From: the human T2T-CHM13v2.0 reference genome, Homo sapiens
Assembly (NCBI RefSeq): GCF_009914755.1
Contig: NC_060936.1
Reading direction: 5' to 3' (one strand)
Length of the DNA: 64,000 bases
Position numbers and translations under genes: made by a program. Below, piece by piece: positions 38,401-50,769 of the stretch; within the stretch, counting starts at the first letter, position 1; every line of letters starts with the position of its first letter. A model generated the notes under the pieces. The model made no database searches and was not told where the DNA came from. It worked only from the letters and a program-made list of their open reading frames with translations.

Positions 38401-38676
38401 TCAGCAAACTATCGCAAGGACAAAAAACCAATCACCGCATGTTCTCACTCATAGGTGGGAATTGAACAATGAGAACACTTGGACACAGGAAGGGGAACAT
38501 CACACACTGGGGCCTGTCGTGGGGTGGGGGGAGGGGGGAGGGATAGCATTAGGAGATATACCTAATGTAAATGAGGAGTTAATGGATGCAGCACACCAAC
38601 ATGGCCCATGTATACATATGTAACAAACCTGCACGTTGTGCACATGTACCCTAGAACTTAAAGCATAATAAAAAAA
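38401..38676 (+). mobile_element. L1PA5-like 3' end fragment
   Basis: End of ORF2 ([20 protein letters not shown]), 3' UTR and a short A tail. Confidence 0.88.
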
Positions 38677-39292
38677 TTTAAATACATTTTGTAAGCTTAC
38701 AGCTGCCGTACATAATGACTCCTCTGATGAATCTGGGAAAAGGAGATGGAAAATCTTCTGGAAAGGATTTGCTATTCTAGATAACATCACGATCATTCAC
38801 TGTTATGGGAGGAGGTCAAAATACCAACATTAACAGAAGTTTGGAAGAAGTTTATTTCAATCCTCATGGGTGACTTTAAGAGGCTCAGGACTTCAGTGAA
38901 GTAAGTAACTGCAGATGTGGTAGAAATAGCAAGAGAACTAGAATTAGAAGTGGAGCCTGAAGGTGTGACTAGATTGCTGCAATCTTATAAAACTTGAATC
39001 AAGGAGAGTTGCTTCTTATGGATGAGCCAAGAAAGTGGTTTCTTGAAATATAATTTACTTCTGATGAAAATGCTGTATATATTGTTGATATAACTACAAA
39101 AGTTTAGAATAGTACATAAACTTAGTTGATAAAGCAGTGGAAAGGTTTGAGAGAATTGACTCCAGTTTAGAAAGAAGTTCTACTGTGGGTAAAATGCTGT
39201 CAAATGACATCGCATGCTACAAAGAAATCTAGCATGAAAGGAAGAATCAACTGATGCAACAAACTTGTTTGTCTTATTTTAAGCAATTGCCA

Positions 39293-39590
39293 GCCAGGTG
39301 CAATGGCTCACACTTATAATCCCAGCATTTAGGGAGGCTGAGGTGGTAGTATCACTTGAGCCCAGGAATTCAAGACCAGCCTGGGCAACATAGCAAGGCC
39401 CCGTCTCTATGAAAAAAATTAAAAAGAATAGCCAGGCATGGTGGCACACACCTGTGGTCCCAGCTACTAGGGAGACTTAGTTGGGAGGATCTCGAGTCTA
39501 GGGGGTCAAGGCTTCAGTGAGCTATGATCGATCCACTGCACTCCAGCCTGGGTGACAGAGCAAGACTCTGTCTCAACAACAACAACAAAA
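39293..39590 (+). mobile_element. AluJ with an (AAC)n tail
   Basis: cacttgagcccagga diagnostic; attgcca repeated at both flanks. Confidence 0.88.
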
Positions 39591-41795
39591 GATTGCCATA
39601 GCTACCCCAGCCTTTAGCAACTGCCAACCCTGATCAGTCAGCAGCCATCAACATCAAAACAGGACCCTCCACCAGCAAAAAGACTGAAAATCACTGAAGG
39701 CTGAGATGATCATTAACATTTTTTAGCAATAAAATATTTTTAATTGTTATGCACACTTTTTAGATATAATTCAATGCACACTTAATATAGTGTGTAAAGT
39801 GTAAACGTAACTTTTATATGCACTGAGAAACCAAAAAATTTGTGACTCACTTTATTGCAATATTCACTTTATCAAGGTTCTCTGGAACCTCACCTGCAGT
39901 GTCTCTGAGGTATGTCTTATATAATATGTGTTATATATATTCTCTACGTGTATAATTTATTTTCTTCAGCTCTTCAGGTGAACTTTACCATGTTAGGGAC
40001 AGAATTATATTCTTTTTATACAACTTGTACAATTTTCTTTTAGTTCTTCCCTCCAAACCCTGTTGTTTTTATAGAGCATTCTTTCATGTGGCCTTTTTAA
40101 AGTTTTATGTTGCTTGCTATTATAAATGCAAACTTTTGTATTCTGTGTTTGAGTTATCTCTTTCTGAAATTGTGTTATTACCAATATTCTTTCAAAAGAT
40201 ATTGTGGAGTTAATAGTATTAGGCACTGAAGTTTAATTTTAAATTTTTTTGCAGAATAAAAATAATAATTATATTTGTATAAAAGGATATGAGTGCATTG
40301 ATAAGTGAATCTCAATGTGTTTTATATATGATCCATGTAAAAATTCTCAAATACAATACACTTGGAAATTCTTAATACCATAGTATTAGCTGAAAAATTA
40401 TGTTTTTTAGGCCAAATATTGGATTGAAAATTCTGACCTAACCTAGTATTTATTTCCTCCAAATAGTGTCCCTAGTTTCAGATGAAATACAATTTTAATT
40501 TAAGAATGAAATATGAAAGCAAGCCATTTATACATTGACAAGTCCCATAAAGTACTATGGAATTTAATCAAGTCTAAGATAGTCTCAATTGTTAAGTTAC
40601 ACTGTTATTTTATAGTACACCAAGAAAGAAAATAATGCTGTCACTGAAGTAAAACACAGTTTCTTAACATTTAGAATTTTTATAACTACTAAAAGAACTT
40701 TTTTAGACTTAAATGCAGATTATTTTAATAATTTTAATCACTTGTGAATATTTTATGTATATACACACACAGACATACATTGGAAAATATACATTAAAAA
40801 ATTGGTAAGGCATTCCTAAACCTTCTTCCCTTTCACTACCGGACTCTTCTAAATTACTTTGGAGTCTGAGTTTTCAACATTCACATCTCACACCTAAGCT
40901 TATTCTGTCAGTGTGCAATATATTTTAACAGAGAGATCCACCATTTTTCCAGTGATTTCATCTAAAGAGCTACACCCAATCTTTAAGTTTTGATGTTGCT
41001 ATTTACTCCACCTTACTAGAACGTGTCAACAGAAGATTTTCCTGTCAAAAATCAGGATTTATATTTATATTCATTTTTCAAATGCTCCTTAAAAGGTTCT
41101 ACTGAAATGTGATTAAGCATTGTCCAATCAAGCCACAGGAAATAATAACCAAATTCAGACATGCATAGTCCATGATAACAACATTACTACCTATGACTGC
41201 CTCCTGATGAACCTATATTGGAAAAAGTCATTAGGTGTAAGACATCCTTTATGCTAATATGATAGGATGTGAAAACAATAGGTGTCTTAGAATCAATAAA
41301 TTATAGTATTAAAGAAAAATCACTGTTGAAGATAATTTTAAAAAACAATTTCAGCTCTAATTAATGGCATATGTATGTGAATACAGACACATTATTCTAG
41401 AAAATAAAATTTTAACAGACAAGTCATTTATGTAATTCCTAGATTTTTTTGTTACATAAATTTACTTGCATCTTTTAAGATGTTTTGGATATTTTAGGTA
41501 TGTTCTATTGAAAAACTTTTCCATCAAGATTTGAATGATTATGGTTACAACGAAATATATGTTCAACACTTCTAATTTATTATTTCATGTGCTTTTATAC
41601 ATATGACTGAAAATAACCTGTCAAACTGATCATTTGTGAAGTATTGAAAAGTTCTCATTATGTTTCATGTGAACTAGTATTTCTCCTCTGACCATTAAAA
41701 TGTGCTTTCTTGCCTTTCCAAATGATTGGATGTTAAAGATAAACAAATAAATGACAAGAGCAACTGAGTATTTCTTTATCTCCTCTCTGCTGTAG

Positions 41796-41939
41796 GTCCT
41801 GTAAGTAGTGTTTTGGTGAATAAATACGGCAGCCGGCCGGTGGTGATAGCAGGAGGCTTATTATGCTGTCTTGGAATGGTGTTGGCCTCCTTTAGTAGCA
41901 GCGTGGTACAGCTGTACCTCACTATGGGATTCATTACAG
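41796..41939 (+). CDS. SLC16A7: MCT2 internal coding exon (144 bp, phase 1-1): GPVSSVLVNKYGSRPVVIAGGLLCCLGMVLASFSSSVVQLYLTMGFIT
   Basis: Pyrimidine tract and tgtag| acceptor ending 41795; donor ACAG|gtaagc at 41940. The translation matches MCT2 as I recall it and splices in frame to the next exon. Confidence 0.97.
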
Positions 41940-44121
41940 GTAAGCCATTTAGTCTTCAGCTTATTCTTAACTCTTCTGTTATTTTCAAAGCTCTATGAGA
42001 AGAATGAACAACAGAAAATTCTTATTTTCTTTGAATTTATTTTTTTATAAACAATGCAGTTTTAAAATATTTTCATCTAGTACATTGAAATTCAAGCTAT
42101 ATAATGGGCAAACATTTCATTTTTAAAAAAATAAAAAATTATCAGACAAGTTACATGTTATCATATAAATTTAAAAAGAAAACAGCTTTAGTTTGCTTTT
42201 TTTCCTTTTTTGCTTTTTTCTCTTCAGCCAATGGAGATGGTGTTGTTGGACACAGACTTTCTGATGTAAATAAATACCTTCGTTATTATAAAACTTATTT
42301 TCATGACTTATCTGCATTTGCAGTATCTGACTTTCCACTCATAATATGTTAAAACGATGCCAGAGAGATATTTTCTGGATGCACTGATTTAGCTTTAACA
42401 ATAAAATTATTGTTACTTGTTCTGATTAGTGGTAGAGCTCATTAACCGTGTTCCTTCTTTTTCTTACTGAAATGATCCTGTTTAAAAGCTCAGTGAGCCA
42501 CACTTTCTTCTAACACAAATATTAAAAATGACCTACTGTCACTTGATGATAGTTGTTTCTCATGCACATATCTATTGACTCAAAATGACCACAATATGTA
42601 CACCCGGAAAGCACTATTTTTATTAGTCTAAATAAAAAATTGCATTACAAATTTATATTCAACATATTAGGAAAAATTGGACTTCAATATATAAAGAGAC
42701 TGAATCTTTTCTTTCTGCCCAGAGATAAAAAGGCAAACATATTTACACTCATGTAATCTTACACTCATGCATCATTTGATGAAAAACATGTATTGAAGCT
42801 TACAGTAATAGTGATGTTAAAATCTTTCTCTTTACAATCTATCCACATCTCTCTCCTTTTTTGATATAACAAAATGCATTTAATATTGTAAATGAAAACC
42901 GTCTTATATGTAAGCATTATCATAGTGAAGAGAGTGCCTTTTCTTTTGTGTAGAGAAATTGACTACTGCATTTGACTGTAGAAGTCGGGATGCGCCTACA
43001 AGTAGGGAAAAGATGATTTTGTTATTTCCTTCACTACAGATATCAATGGCATTATTGGTGTTTCAACTTAGAATTGTATTCCTTTGGCTCTTAAATACTT
43101 TGATGCCCCCAAATTCAATTATTAAGTCCATCTATGAGGGATTTACTTTAAATCATTATCAGCAAATACTTTGACTTTGGTTTCCAAAAGTAGACAGATC
43201 TAGCATTTAAACTTGATACATATGATCTGTGTGATCATGGGTACGTTAACCTCCTTATACTTTCGTTGTCTATAAAATTAGATAAATAATAGCTCTTTTT
43301 AAAGGAGTTATTAGAAAAATGTAAAAAATGAATACGTAGTACTTTAGAGTACCCAGAATTTTGATGATCATAAATAAATATTTGCAAATAATCATAATAC
43401 CATTTATATAATATCTTACAGTTCTAAAACTTACTTTATTTTGGCAAAATCTTTTTGTGTTGTTAGGTGAAGTCAAGCTCAGGAAGTCTAAGTGTTTTGC
43501 CCAGTAATATAAAATAGGTACCTATTTGGAGTAGATCAGTTCTATTGATTTCAAGCCTATGTTTGTTTAACCATGCCAGAATGAGAAAGAGATGGCAACT
43601 ATTTCCAAATGAAAATATGGATTAAGATTTGAAGGCAAAAGTTCCAGGCGACAGAATGGGGAAAATGATTGATATAAGATTAAAAAAAAAAAAACCTTAA
43701 GCTCTGAAACATAATACCTGGATTTTAATTTGGGTTCTTCTACTTACAAGCTACTTGACCATAGGCTGGTCAGTTTTGTTATTTATAAATCGGATTTAAT
43801 TACACTCATTCTGCATATCTCACAGGTATGGCTGAGGTATAGCGTTAGAGAACATGCTGTCCTGTTACTCTCCAAAGCATGTTCTTGTTCCTTCTTGTCA
43901 GCTTTTAGGGGTCCTCTTACTTATAGAAAATGTCTGTATTAAAGGGTTGGAGTATTTGTACACAGACCTGTGTATTTCACAACTGGAATACTTAACCACC
44001 TTACAGAACTGTTTCAATCTAGGTAAATTAGTTAATATAGAAGAACTCTTACCTCTCTAGCCCCTAAAATAAATATAGAGTAATTCCTAGTTTAAGGGAA
44101 AACAAGAGATAGTTTATATAA

Positions 44122-44439
<318 letters not shown>

Positions 44440-45233
44440 TAAATCAATGTACTTTTTAAAGGATCTTATTTATTACAATTGCTCAGTAGTGCCTTAGTGA
44501 GCTACAAGAGGTAATTTATTTTCCAAAGGTGATACTCAACACTGCCAAGGAACTCCCTAGACAGTGGGACTTTGGCTCATATAAACAATCAGTGTTAATC
44601 CCTGAATTAAAACTATGTTTCAAGCAAAAACCTCCTTTTTACTTAGCACACAAGTGCATCTATATACATTAAATGTGGACTGTGAGGGATGTACAGCATG
44701 AAATTTTTGTTATTTGCATAGTATTGAAACAAATGTTTGTGGGGAGACATAAGATTGTTACAAATTACGACCTTTTTAGTCTGTTTATAATTCTTCAATG
44801 CCGAAAGGAAAGTATTCATTTTTATATTGCCCTCTTGCTCACAAGGAAGAAATCTATTCTATATATGTGTATATAAGTATATGTCAAGAGGAAAGGATCT
44901 GAGGAATTAAATGATTTTAATTGAGAACTAATAATTTTGTCCTAGTTTCAACCTATTGTACGACTGTTGATATATCAGTAGAAATTCTCAATTTCATTTT
45001 TGTGCTTTAAAATTAAAGGAATTAAACTTGAAATGAAACTGTCGTTTCAAGTGTTCAGTTATGAAAACCTTATTGTTTTGTGCAATTACATTTATAATAA
45101 TCAAAATGTACTATATGATATTGCGTTTTTAATTCTGCCTTTCCCACTTGAATGTACATTTTGAGGAGTAATTTCTTTTGTGAGTGCCATAATGTGTTTG
45201 TGTTTTCCCCCACTTTTGTTTTGTTCTTTTTAG

Positions 45234-46052
45234 GTTTAGGTTTAGCCTTCAACCTGCAACCCGCCTTAACCATAATTGGCAAATACTTCTATAGGAAGCG
45301 ACCCATGGCAAATGGATTGGCCATGGCAGGAAGTCCTGTTTTCTTAAGTTCATTGGCTCCTTTCAATCAGTACCTTTTTAATACTTTTGGCTGGAAAGGA
45401 AGCTTCCTGATTTTGGGAAGTCTACTTTTGAATGCCTGTGTGGCTGGTTCCCTCATGAGACCCCTTGGACCCAATCAAACCACTTCTAAGTCTAAAAATA
45501 AGACTGGCAAAACAGAAGATGATTCAAGCCCAAAGAAAATCAAAACGAAGAAATCAACTTGGGAAAAAGTTAATAAGTATTTAGATTTCTCCCTTTTTAA
45601 GCATAGAGGATTTCTGATATATCTGTCTGGAAATGTCATTATGTTCCTAGGTTTTTTTGCCCCCATTATATTCTTGGCTCCATATGCTAAAGACCAAGGA
45701 ATTGATGAGTACTCGGCAGCTTTTCTGCTATCTGTTATGGCTTTCGTTGATATGTTTGCTAGGCCTTCTGTAGGATTAATTGCAAACTCCAAATATATTC
45801 GACCTCGAATTCAGTACTTCTTCAGTTTTGCAATCATGTTCAATGGAGTGTGTCACCTCTTGTGCCCACTGGCACAGGACTACACAAGCCTGGTATTATA
45901 TGCTGTATTTTTTGGCCTTGGATTTGGGAGTGTTAGCAGTGTTCTCTTTGAAACTCTCATGGACCTCGTGGGTGCACCAAGATTTTCCAGTGCCGTCGGA
46001 CTTGTCACAATTGTGGAGTGTGGCCCAGTTCTTCTTGGCCCTCCTCTTGCAG
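45234..46052 (+). CDS. SLC16A7: MCT2 large coding exon (819 bp): [28 protein letters not shown]...[10 protein letters not shown]
   Basis: Acceptor ttttag| at 45233, donor GCAG|gtaaga at 46053. Lies within ORF 45152-46090 and encodes SLC16/MFS transmembrane segments. Confidence 0.98.
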
Positions 46053-48216
46053 GTAAGAACGTTTTTCATCAAGGAAAATGTAAAGCATAAAATTAATATC
46101 CATTAACGGAGACTTTATATACAGATGTTTAAATGTGTTTTATAATAATACTAATAGCCTGAAGGAATATGGGCAGGTTAATTTTAGGTTTTATTATAAA
46201 CTTTAAAATTTCATAATTAGTCAATTTTAGAACTAAATTTGTTTCAGAACCTGGACCTGTGAACTTAAGAACTTATGTTAGACTGATAATTAGTAACATA
46301 ATCTTCAGGATTTTTATCTACTTCAGTTGTTTTGGTCTCTTAAAAATATATCAGAAAAAAATGCTATTTTATCTTTATCATTGGTGAACAGATCTCTCGT
46401 CTGTTTATATTGAAATGAGCCAAAATTGTAAAATATTCTCTCAAAAGGTCAGAATCTATTTTTTAGTTGAGTACATTGGATATATTAATTTGAAATTTGT
46501 TACATGCTGAGAAAATACATTTATAATATCACTGATAAGAATATATTCATGTATCTATTCCATATAGAGAAAGACAGGGATGACCGAAAATTTATTCACA
46601 GTTTTTTTGAGGGCCACTCATGTTCCATGTTTATAAATTGGAAAGATTACCTTCAGATTTTAAGATCTGAAATATTTTCAAAGATGCCAATAAAAGTGTC
46701 TGTGCTAAATTATTCAGTAAAAAGATGCAGTACATGTTTAGAGCATGACCAAAGAATACCCTCACAAATTGAGAAGCTGGTCTAATACTTGAGAGAGAGA
46801 GAGAGAAATAGATAAAATGTACATTACAGAAGCATTAGATTTTTGTTGGAATTGCTTGTGGTTATTTTATAGTTTCCTTCTGAATTACAGTGGTGAATGC
46901 TTTTAGAAGTAAATTATGCCTTCTGAACTTATGGTTTAAAGACATGTATCAGAGCATTTTGAAGTTAAAACTTTGTTTAGTCTTAGACTTTAAATGTTAT
47001 AAATATTACATTCTGTTTGTGCACCAGCCTTTGCCAGCAACCAATGTATATTGTTTTGGTTAATACCGGACTTAAGTATTCACTTAGACTCTTGGCCTGC
47101 TCTCTCATGGTCAGAGTCATTGCCAGGCTAAATGTAAATTTTTCCATTATTTAGTCAGTTTTTAAACTGTTTTCTACATGACATCAAGGAACCATTCTGA
47201 AAGTGTGAAAAGTTATGTTTAATTTGTTAATTTTAATGACATCATTGACCTTTTGTCTCTTCATTTTTTTTTCACTTGGTTAGGAATGTATCAGTCGGCT
47301 CTAAGACCTAGGTGGTGTGGTTGTTGTCTTTCTCTGTCCACCAGGGCTATCCTATGGTATCTAGCACAGGTGTTTTAGGTGGTATATCTCTCAATATAAA
47401 TATACCATGACATCAAAACAATTGTCAAAAGAGAGTGAAAGCCAGTAGGTCTTGTTATTTATCAGGCAGTTGATTTTGTTACATAAGATAAGCACAATTG
47501 GTCCTTCTTTTCATACGGAATTAGTTTGATCAACTGAGTTTTAGAGCCTATTCTTATCCACACAATTCTTAGTGTAAACAGAGAAGTTACCATGCATGAG
47601 GGGATGAAAAAAGAATCAAGTCCAAATACATAGTGGGGATAGACTCTAAGAATTAAAATAAAGGAATCTTATTTGGCCACTCCCACCTGAGCAGATAATG
47701 TGCATTAATATTTTTAAAAAACAGTTTCAATATTTTTGAATGCTTATTGTGTTAACATTGCCAAACCATGTGCCACTGGCAGCAAATGGCAATAATTGAT
47801 TTTAGACCTATTGTTGAAACTCTCAGACTGTAGCCATTATATATCCATTTTTTCATTCCATGTCTGCCATCTGCTACCCGTAATATTTCTTGACTTTTAG
47901 ATTGGCTTCTTCTCTATAGTATTTGATTATCGCTAGAACTGCTGGCCCATAGTAGGCACTGAGTTAATATTTTTGAATGATTGAATATTATTGCTGTTAC
48001 GTCTTACATAGTTGCAGCACAGCAGTGAAAAGTAGGGAGTGTGTGGTTTCTATTTCATATTTGTTTTTTTCAGACTGAACTTTCACTGCTCCTCTCAGAA
48101 AGAATTGAAGCTTTAGTTCTGGAAAGCATATCTGGTTTCTTGATGATGCTAAAAAATTCTTTTTTTTTTCTTATTAGAGGTATTAGGCTAATTATTATTT
48201 AATCCTTAAAATATTT

Positions 48217-48686
48217 CTTTTATTATTTTTTATTTTATTATTATTAGACTTTAAGTTTTAGGGTATATGTGCACAATGTGCAGGTTAGTTACATATGTAT
48301 GCATGTGCCATGCTGGTGTGCTGTACCCATTAACTCGTCATTTAGCATTAGGTATATCTCCTAAAGCTATCCCTCCCCCTCCCCCCACCCCACAACAGTC
48401 CCCAGAGTGTGATGTTCCCCTTCCTGTGTCCATGTGTTCTCATTGTTCAATTCCCACCTATGAGTGAGACTATGCAGTGTTTGGTTTTTTGTTCTTGCGA
48501 TAGTTTACTGAGAATGATGATTTCCAGTTTCATCCATGTCCCTACAGAGGACATGAACTCATCATTTTTTATGGCTGCATAGTATTCCATGGTGTATATG
48601 TGCCCCATTTTCTTAATCCAATCTATCATTGTTGGACATTTGGGTTGGTTCCAAGTCTTTGCTATTGTGAATAGTGCCGCAATAAA
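48217..48686 (-). mobile_element. L1PA3-like 3' fragment in the last intron
   Basis: L1 3' UTR and ORF2 end. Imperfect TSD aatccttaaaatattt (48201) / aattcttaaaacattt (48688). Confidence 0.9.
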
Positions 48687-49999
48687 AAATTCTTAAAACA
48701 TTTAGAAAGTATGCTGATGTGGCAGCCCAAAGTGGTATTAACTCTGATGGGCCATGGACCTAATGCTTTTATATTTAGAAGTATAATAATCATTGTAGAA
48801 ATAGAAATATTTGACTCAAGTTAAGAAGGCAAATTAAAATTATGCCATTTTTGTTATGTTTATGACTATGTCATGCTTACTTAAATAAACCCATTATACC
48901 ATCTACCTGATTAAAACAGAAAATTTTGTTTAAATAGGTAATATATTACAAGTAGCCAAATTTAATGTTGAGCCACTGACTAGATTCTAGGGAGAATGCT
49001 ATGGATTCTGACTAAACAGACTGGTTTGAAAGTTGTATATCAGAATCACTTGGAATGCATATGCTAATTTATATAGATTTGTATACACTAAATTTTGCTG
49101 CTGTTAATAATTACGAAGAATTAGATGCCTGCATAAGCAAGAGACAAAACTAAATATAAGCTGACAAAATTTTAAAAGTCAATTAACCTTCATATTAAAT
49201 GGCACCAGGCTAGATTTTAAATGGTCTCAATAATCAAGTGGAATAGTTTTTTTACTGATTAGTTTCACCTTAATAATTTAGACTCAGATAAAGTGAAAAA
49301 CTAGGATTAGCTCAAATAGTGACATGGAACTTAAACAACAGGTTAGGTGAAGCCATTCTGCAGAGTAGTTAAGAATGAGTACAGACAGACCTCAGTTAAG
49401 AGTCTAGATTCTACCACTAACTAGCTACATAACCATGCCCAGATTACTTCACAGTACTCCTTGTAAGGATCAAGTGAGCTATTACAGATAAAATTCTTAG
49501 GCTAGTATGGGGCATAGAGAAAGCACTTAGTAAATATTAGACACTGTTAGGAACCATGTAAAAGCCTTTGGGTTTCTCCTAAAGAAAGTAATTTTTCTCT
49601 ATTGAAGAGAAAAGGAAGCATGGAAAGGGTGAAGCAATCCTAACGTGTGCTGTAAATAGAGATATCTATATTCACATGTATAGATATAAAAATATACCTC
49701 ACTCATGTATGTATTAATATATACACACAAAAAATGCCTAGTTTGTCTTGTTTGTATATTTTACTGAGAGAAATAATTTTTAGTAAATTTAATGTACTAG
49801 TAATATAATACTGTAAGTGTCTCTGCATACCTTTACTAAGCATATGTAGAAGTCATAATCTAGATTTTTTTATTTTTAAAGTCTTATTTGACATTAATTT
49901 AAATAAGAGGAATATACTTTGAAGAATAATTTATTTGAATTTTTATCATTATATGACTGTTTTATTATGCCAACTTAAAAGATGTTCTTTGTCTTCTAG

Positions 50000-50256
50000 G
50001 TAAATTGGTGGATTTAACTGGAGAATATAAATACATGTACATGTCCTGTGGGGCTATTGTGGTAGCAGCAAGCGTGTGGCTGCTCATTGGCAATGCTATC
50101 AACTATAGATTGCTTGCAAAGGAAAGGAAGGAGGAAAATGCAAGGCAGAAGACCAGAGAATCTGAACCCTTGAGCAAATCTAAACATTCGGAAGATGTTA
50201 ACGTCAAAGTTTCAAATGCACAGAGTGTAACCTCAGAAAGAGAAACTAACATTTAA
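50000..50256 (+). CDS. SLC16A7: MCT2 last coding exon: GKLVDLTGEYKYMYMSCG...SERETNI*
   Basis: Acceptor ttctag| at 49999; TAA at 50254-50256. The three exons total 1220 nt, consistent with the 478-aa protein if 217 coding nt lie upstream. Codon 445 is ACC (Thr) at 50152-50154. Confidence 0.97.
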
Positions 50257-50763
50257 CAAGAATCACATCTCTGATTTCAGTGTTTATGACTTTATCTAGG
50301 AGTTTGTTTTTCATTTTGTTTTTTTAAAGTATTAGAAAAGGTTTTAGCTGAAATGAGGAGTCACAATTAAGGATGGAGGTGATATTTTCCTCAATGGCAA
50401 ATTTTAAATTAGTTTTTAAAAACTTACTTATTTGGGTAGTTAAATTTTGAGATTATGCATAGAAAGAATCCATGCTATAGGTTTATTTCCATACCTGACT
50501 CTGGGTGTGGTGGTTAAAATACTAATTTTAAAGTCTTCCAGTGACTTTCGGTCTTGGTTATATGGAGAATTCTGAATCCCAAACCCCTGGTTTAAGTAGG
50601 TAGAAGGAGGATGCCTAATCCTACAAAGTGACCCTTTATACATTTCATTTTTTATTTGATATTAAAGTATGAGATAGAGTTGAGAGACAATTAATTATCC
50701 CCTCTTACACACAAACACACATACTCCCACATACTTACCCACATGTACACAGAGTATCTGGAG

Positions 50764-50769
50764 AATAAA
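50764..50769 (+). terminator. Candidate proximal polyadenylation signal
   Basis: AATAAA ~510 nt after the stop, followed by a genomic A run at 50780-50790. Confidence 0.4.

Noticed and set aside
45152-45233. ATG-initiated N-terminal extension of the 312-aa ORF
   Set aside because: It is the intron's polypyrimidine tract read in frame; the exon starts at 45234.
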